Assembly (NCBI RefSeq): GCF_001194135.2
Contig: NC_068989.1
Coordinates: 545,147 to 609,146, forward strand
Direction of reading: 5' to 3'
Length of the DNA stretch: 64,000 bases
Source of the DNA: Octopus bimaculoides
Taxonomy: Eukaryota
The notes below the pieces were generated by a model. The model ran no database searches and was not told the DNA's origin. It saw only the letters and a program-made list of their open reading frames with translations. Numbering within the stretch: the first letter of the stretch is position 1; each line of letters opens with the position of its first letter. The position numbers and the translations under genes were made by a program. Positions 63,147 to 64,000 of this stretch are shown here, in pieces.

Positions 63147-64000
63147 ACAGAATTATGGACTTAAAGACATAAAGTACAGCGTTCTAATGCTTCTGATAAC
63201 TCTCAGCATTTGTTAAGCTTGTTTTACTAAATATCTAATCCTTTGTGGATATCAAGTAAACCCCTCTTTTGTTTCCGTAGCGAATAAGGAATAAATCGAC
63301 TGCTGCTGCTGCCTCTCAGATCTAAGGCGGTTTCCGACAGATTTCCGATCAGTAATTTATAGTTTTTTATATTCAAGAAAGACTTAAAAGTAAGATCAAA
63401 AACGAGAAAAATGTGGAGATCAAACTGATTAACAATAGAAGTGAAAGAGAAAAGGACAAAAGGAAGACTAAATGAAAGAAAGACAAAGAAAATTTCAAGA
63501 TGGAGAAATAATGAAAAATAATAGAAGTACGAGTATATATATTAATATATGTACAAGTGTTTATATGTAGCTAATCAGGTGAAGACAGTATCCTCCAGTT
63601 ACGTTACGGATATTTTTCAAGTGTTCAAATAGAGAACACGGCCGTGCAGATTTTCGAAGATTTGTTTTTCTTCTTTTTCTTCTGCTCTCACAGTGGACTA
63701 CCTCTGGAATGAAAAGACAGAAGTATTTCTTTTTTCTTTTCATTCCAGAAATAGTCCACTAATTTTGTCTCGTTTTCCCCCAATATATCTAAAAGTGAAC
63801 GTATGTTTGAAAAATTTCTGCATTAACTTCAAGCTAGTCATGTTTGTGCCACGTTGAGGTTTTGTGTGACGGAGGAAAACTCTGTTTATGCATTGTAAGA
63901 CTTATATACAATGTATTATGCACTAGTGATTCTGCATTGGTCTCAGTTTTATGCACTGTGCACGTGGTATTGACAGTACAATTATCATATTTGTAGAACT

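Overview
Eukaryotic, AT-rich, repeat-dominated DNA from a gapped draft assembly (13 N-runs, most beside microsatellites). The SINE families resemble, from my recollection, those of octopus/coleoid cephalopods (inference; no search run). I found no prokaryote-type genes, rRNA, true tRNA or CRISPR, and nearly all ORF-track entries are microsatellite or gap artefacts. Supportable content: (i) a probable minus-strand gene whose first coding exon (38726->38666) encodes a signal-peptide-like MKSYQWSVFLVVIITLDCIP(G) and ends at a CAG|GTAAGC donor; the CpG-depleted left ~33 kb is probably its large-intron body, and only weak downstream exon candidates were found; (ii) many decayed retroelements: RTE LINEs, R4/Dong-like restriction-like-endonuclease (RLE) LINEs, Penelope-like remnants and about five SINE-like families, plus Tc1/mariner and hAT remnants. 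Best observations: two type I hammerhead ribozyme motifs, one inside a tRNA-headed SINE-like element (21185-21420) and one inside a ~320-bp imperfect palindrome (36725-37041), both antisense to the putative host gene; two RLE retrotransposon lineages sitting in different microsatellites, (CATA)n and (TAA)n; a loop-free 54-bp palindrome at an RTE/R4 junction; and a CpG-decay boundary visible in paired SINE copies.
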